From contig CM075989.1 of assembly GCA_038087875.1 (NCBI GenBank), positions 21,888,001 through 21,951,889 on the forward strand: a DNA stretch of 63,889 bases. The letters are read 5' to 3'. The first letter of the stretch is position 1. Each line of letters begins with the position of its first letter. The notes beneath the pieces were generated by a model. The model saw only the letters and a list, made by a program, of their open reading frames with translations, was not told where the DNA came from and did no database searches. Origin of the DNA: Malacoraja senta. Its lineage: Eukaryota. Of this stretch, positions 61,152-63,889 are shown piece after piece. Both the position numbers and the translations under genes were made by a program.

Positions 61152-61187
61152 CAGTCTGAAGAAGGGTCTCGACCCGAAACGTCACCT
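61152..61187 (+). ncRNA. Minimal hammerhead ribozyme motif, intact core
   Basis: CTGAAGA at 61156-61162; stem II GGGT/ACCC; GAAACGTC at 61176-61183. Confidence 0.65.
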
Positions 61188-61850
61188 ATTTCTTTTCTCC
61201 ATTGATGCCGCCTGACCTGCTGAGTTGCTCCAGCACTCTGTGTCTATTACAGATATAATGTCAGCACATGTACTCGAGTCCAGAGAAGAAGAATGTCCCA
61301 ACCGCAGGGTGAAATTTAGACCCGATTAATTTTTGATCAATGCAAATGAGGGAATACAGGAACAAATGAACACCTGCAGAAGCAAGGTTACGCCACAGCT
61401 AAAATAACATATTCACTGACTCCCTCTGCACTCTGAACACTGCAGGGGCCAGCATTCCTATAGTTTGGGCTGAAGCTTGTTTAATTAAAATGAGAAAATG
61501 AGCCAAATCAAGAGCAAAGACTCAAGAGTGTTTTATTATCATAGGTCCCAGATAGAACAATGAAATTCTTACTTGCAGCAGCACAACAGAATATGTAAAC
61601 ATAGTACGCTGTAAACAATCTAATAAACGAGAAAAAAAAGGTTCAGTGTGTGTGTGTATATACACACAAATTCACGAATACGCATAGACCATATATATGT
61701 GTATGAAGGAACTGCAGATGCTGGTTTAAACCGAAGATAGACACAAAATACTGGAGTAACTCAGCGGGACAGGCAGTCTGCCATTCCTTCTCTCCAGAGA
61801 TGCTGCCTGGCCTGCTGCGTTGCTCTAGCTTGTTGTGTCTGCCTTAGATC

Positions 61851-62380
61851 TAGGGTTGCCAACTGTCCCGTATTAGCAAGTCATCCCTTATTTTGGGCTA
61901 AATTGGTCTGTCCCGTACAGGACCGCCCTTGTCCCGTATTTGACTGCTACTACTCGGGTCGAGGGGACTGTCGGGTCGGAGCGCCGCGTCCGGCCCCGCC
62001 TCACCCGTCCCGACGTAGTGCAGCCCATGGAGTGCAGCAGCAGCAGCAGCAGCGCCTCGCCCGTAGCCCCGTCGGTCGGCAGCTCGGCCAGCTGTCCGAC
62101 CTTCGGACCTTCGCTTACCGCCCACACCACCACCCCTCCTTCTTACGGCCGATCATCGGTTCATGAGTTGGATGGGGGTGCCGGACTTTGCGCGCGACGT
62201 CTTGTGAGCCAACACTCCTCAGCTGGCCCGCCGGCTGGGCTTTGTGTGCAGTCCAGCACCCGGGCCAACTCATCATTCACCCAGCCACGGCCGAGTCGGT
62301 CAACGAATTGCTGTCGGGGAATTTGTCCCGTATTTTGACCTATTGTCCCTTCTTTGTGAGTGAGAAAGTTGGCAACCCTA
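61851..62380. mobile_element. Non-autonomous hAT transposon
   Basis: 14-bp TIR TAGGGTTGCCAACT / AGTTGGCAACCCTA; perfect 8-bp TSD CTTAGATC at 61843-61850 and 62381-62388; subterminal TGTCCCGTA repeats. Confidence 0.92.
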
Positions 62381-62895
62381 CTTAGATCATAGATATGATC
62401 TATATCACTCTGGTTGCCTGGCAAGGTGAAGATTAAGATACTGGACAGCAGCCTTACAAAGAAGCTGAAAGCAGCGAGTTTTTGCTCTCGAATAGTGAAA
62501 AATGAATACCACCTTTAACTCATTGGGACAGAGAGCACTGCAGGAAATGTCATGAAGTGGTGATCTCATTAGCTGGCTTCATCCTGCTTTCTGAATGTAA
62601 ACAAAGTTTCTGCCAGAGAGGTAACCTTGAGTTCTTTATCACAAAGTAGGGCAAGCTCTTTGCAACAAGGCGCCGTTCATATCGGCTGCTAAACCCACCA
62701 GTGATACCAAAATCAGTCTTACTTAGAGGCTTCAGCAAATTATATATAAAATTAACCTCGGGCTGCTTAATAGCCTGTGTGATTGTTTAGTGTTCAGCTC
62801 TTACACGACAGTTGTGTGTTCAACACACACGTGAAACATGATTAAATCACCAAGGATTGCTTCATCAACAAGGTTCAGTATTACTAACAACATTG

Positions 62896-63204
62896 GGCGG
62901 CACGGTGACGCAGCGGTAGAGATGCTGCCTTGCAGCGCCAGAGACCCGGGATCGATGCTGACCACGGGTGCTGTCTGTACGGAATTTGCACGTTCCCCCC
63001 GTGACCTGCGTGGGTTTTCTCCGGGTGCTCCGGTTTCCTCCCACGCTCCAAAGACGTGCAGGCTTGTAGGTTAATTGGCTTGGTACAAAGGAAACTTGTC
63101 CCGCGTGTGTGTAAGATAGTGTTTGTGTTCGGGAACCGCAAGTTGGCGCGGACTCGGTGGGCCAAAGGGCCCGCTTCCGCGCTATATCTCTAAACTAAAC
63201 TAAA
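62896..63204 (+). mobile_element. HE1/V-SINE-type SINE
   Basis: Full copy with tRNA head, V-domain and (TAAAC)n tail. Confidence 0.9.
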
Positions 63205-63315
63205 TCAGCTGGTAGAATTTGCTTTTTTTTTGCATTTGGTGCTCTAAAAATCATCTCTCTTTCATTAGTATGGATGCAACATCAAACATAGGGTTTCTGG
63301 AGTTCAGAAATAGAA

Positions 63316-63722
63316 ATGGTCCTCACCTACAAAGCCCTCAACAACCTGGCCCCCCCTTATCTCATTGACCTCCTCTCCCCCTACCAACCCTCACGGTCCC
63401 TCAGATCCACATCAGCTGGTCTCCTCTCCACTCCTAAATCAAACCTCTGCACTTTTGGAGGCAGAGCCTTCTCCAGGGCAGCTCCCAGGCTCTGGAATTC
63501 CCTCCCACAACCGGTCCGAAATTCTGAGTCCCTCACCATCTTCCAGTCCCGCCTCAAGACCCATCTCTTCACCTCTGCATACCCTTAGTCCCATGTTCCC
63601 CTCCCCTCTGTCTTACTGCTCTATTTTGTTTTGTTTATTCCTGACTCTCAATTGTAAAGCGACTTTGAGTCCTGAAAAGCGCTATATAAATAAAATCTAT
63701 TATTATTATTATTATTATTAAT
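63316..63722 (+). mobile_element. L2-clade LINE 3' end
   Basis: LTYKALNNLAPPYL..RSLRS..GGRAFSRAAPRLWNSLP..RLKTHLF*; tail TGTAAAGCGACTTTGAG..GAAAAGCGCTATATAAATAAA(TAT)n. Confidence 0.88.
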
Positions 63723-63889
63723 AAATAAGTGAAAAAAGTGAAAAGTAGAAAAAATTCAGGTGGACATCTTAGATCACATTTGTCACCACATCCAGGTGTG
63801 CCATCTCTCCCAGAATGCATTGCTCAAAGAACAAATCACATCACCTGGTGGTGCTAGTTTAATTCCAGCATAATGAGCTGCACAATTTG

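Overview
Repeat-saturated, non-coding vertebrate DNA. I found no host protein-coding exon I can support. The repeat content points to a cartilaginous fish, probably a skate or ray (inference): HE1/V-SINE-type tRNA SINEs with (TAAAC)n tails, partner CR1/HER1-type LINE 3' ends, and SacSINE1/Deu-domain relics. The long ORFs are two 5'-truncated CR1 reverse-transcriptase fragments (44440-45915 minus, 47481-49016 plus), a Penelope GIY-YIG fragment (58813-59556 minus) and artefacts of a G-rich purine tract. Also present are Rex1/Babar, L2, L1 and RTE fragments, PIF/Harbinger MITEs with TWA target-site duplications (TSDs), a hAT MITE with an 8-bp TSD, and a composite non-autonomous Helitron. The most interesting signal is catalytic RNA. 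(1) A 135-bp insertion (53286-53420 minus) flanked by a perfect 12-bp TSD consists of an HDV/CPEB3-like ribozyme starting at its first base plus an RTE-like tail. (2) A second, divergent HDV-like fold (42275-42344 plus) closely resembles the CPEB3 ribozyme core. (3) Many Penelope pLTR-derived palindromic elements carry minimal hammerhead cores. Boundaries of degenerate repeats are approximate; family names come from recalled motifs, not database searches.
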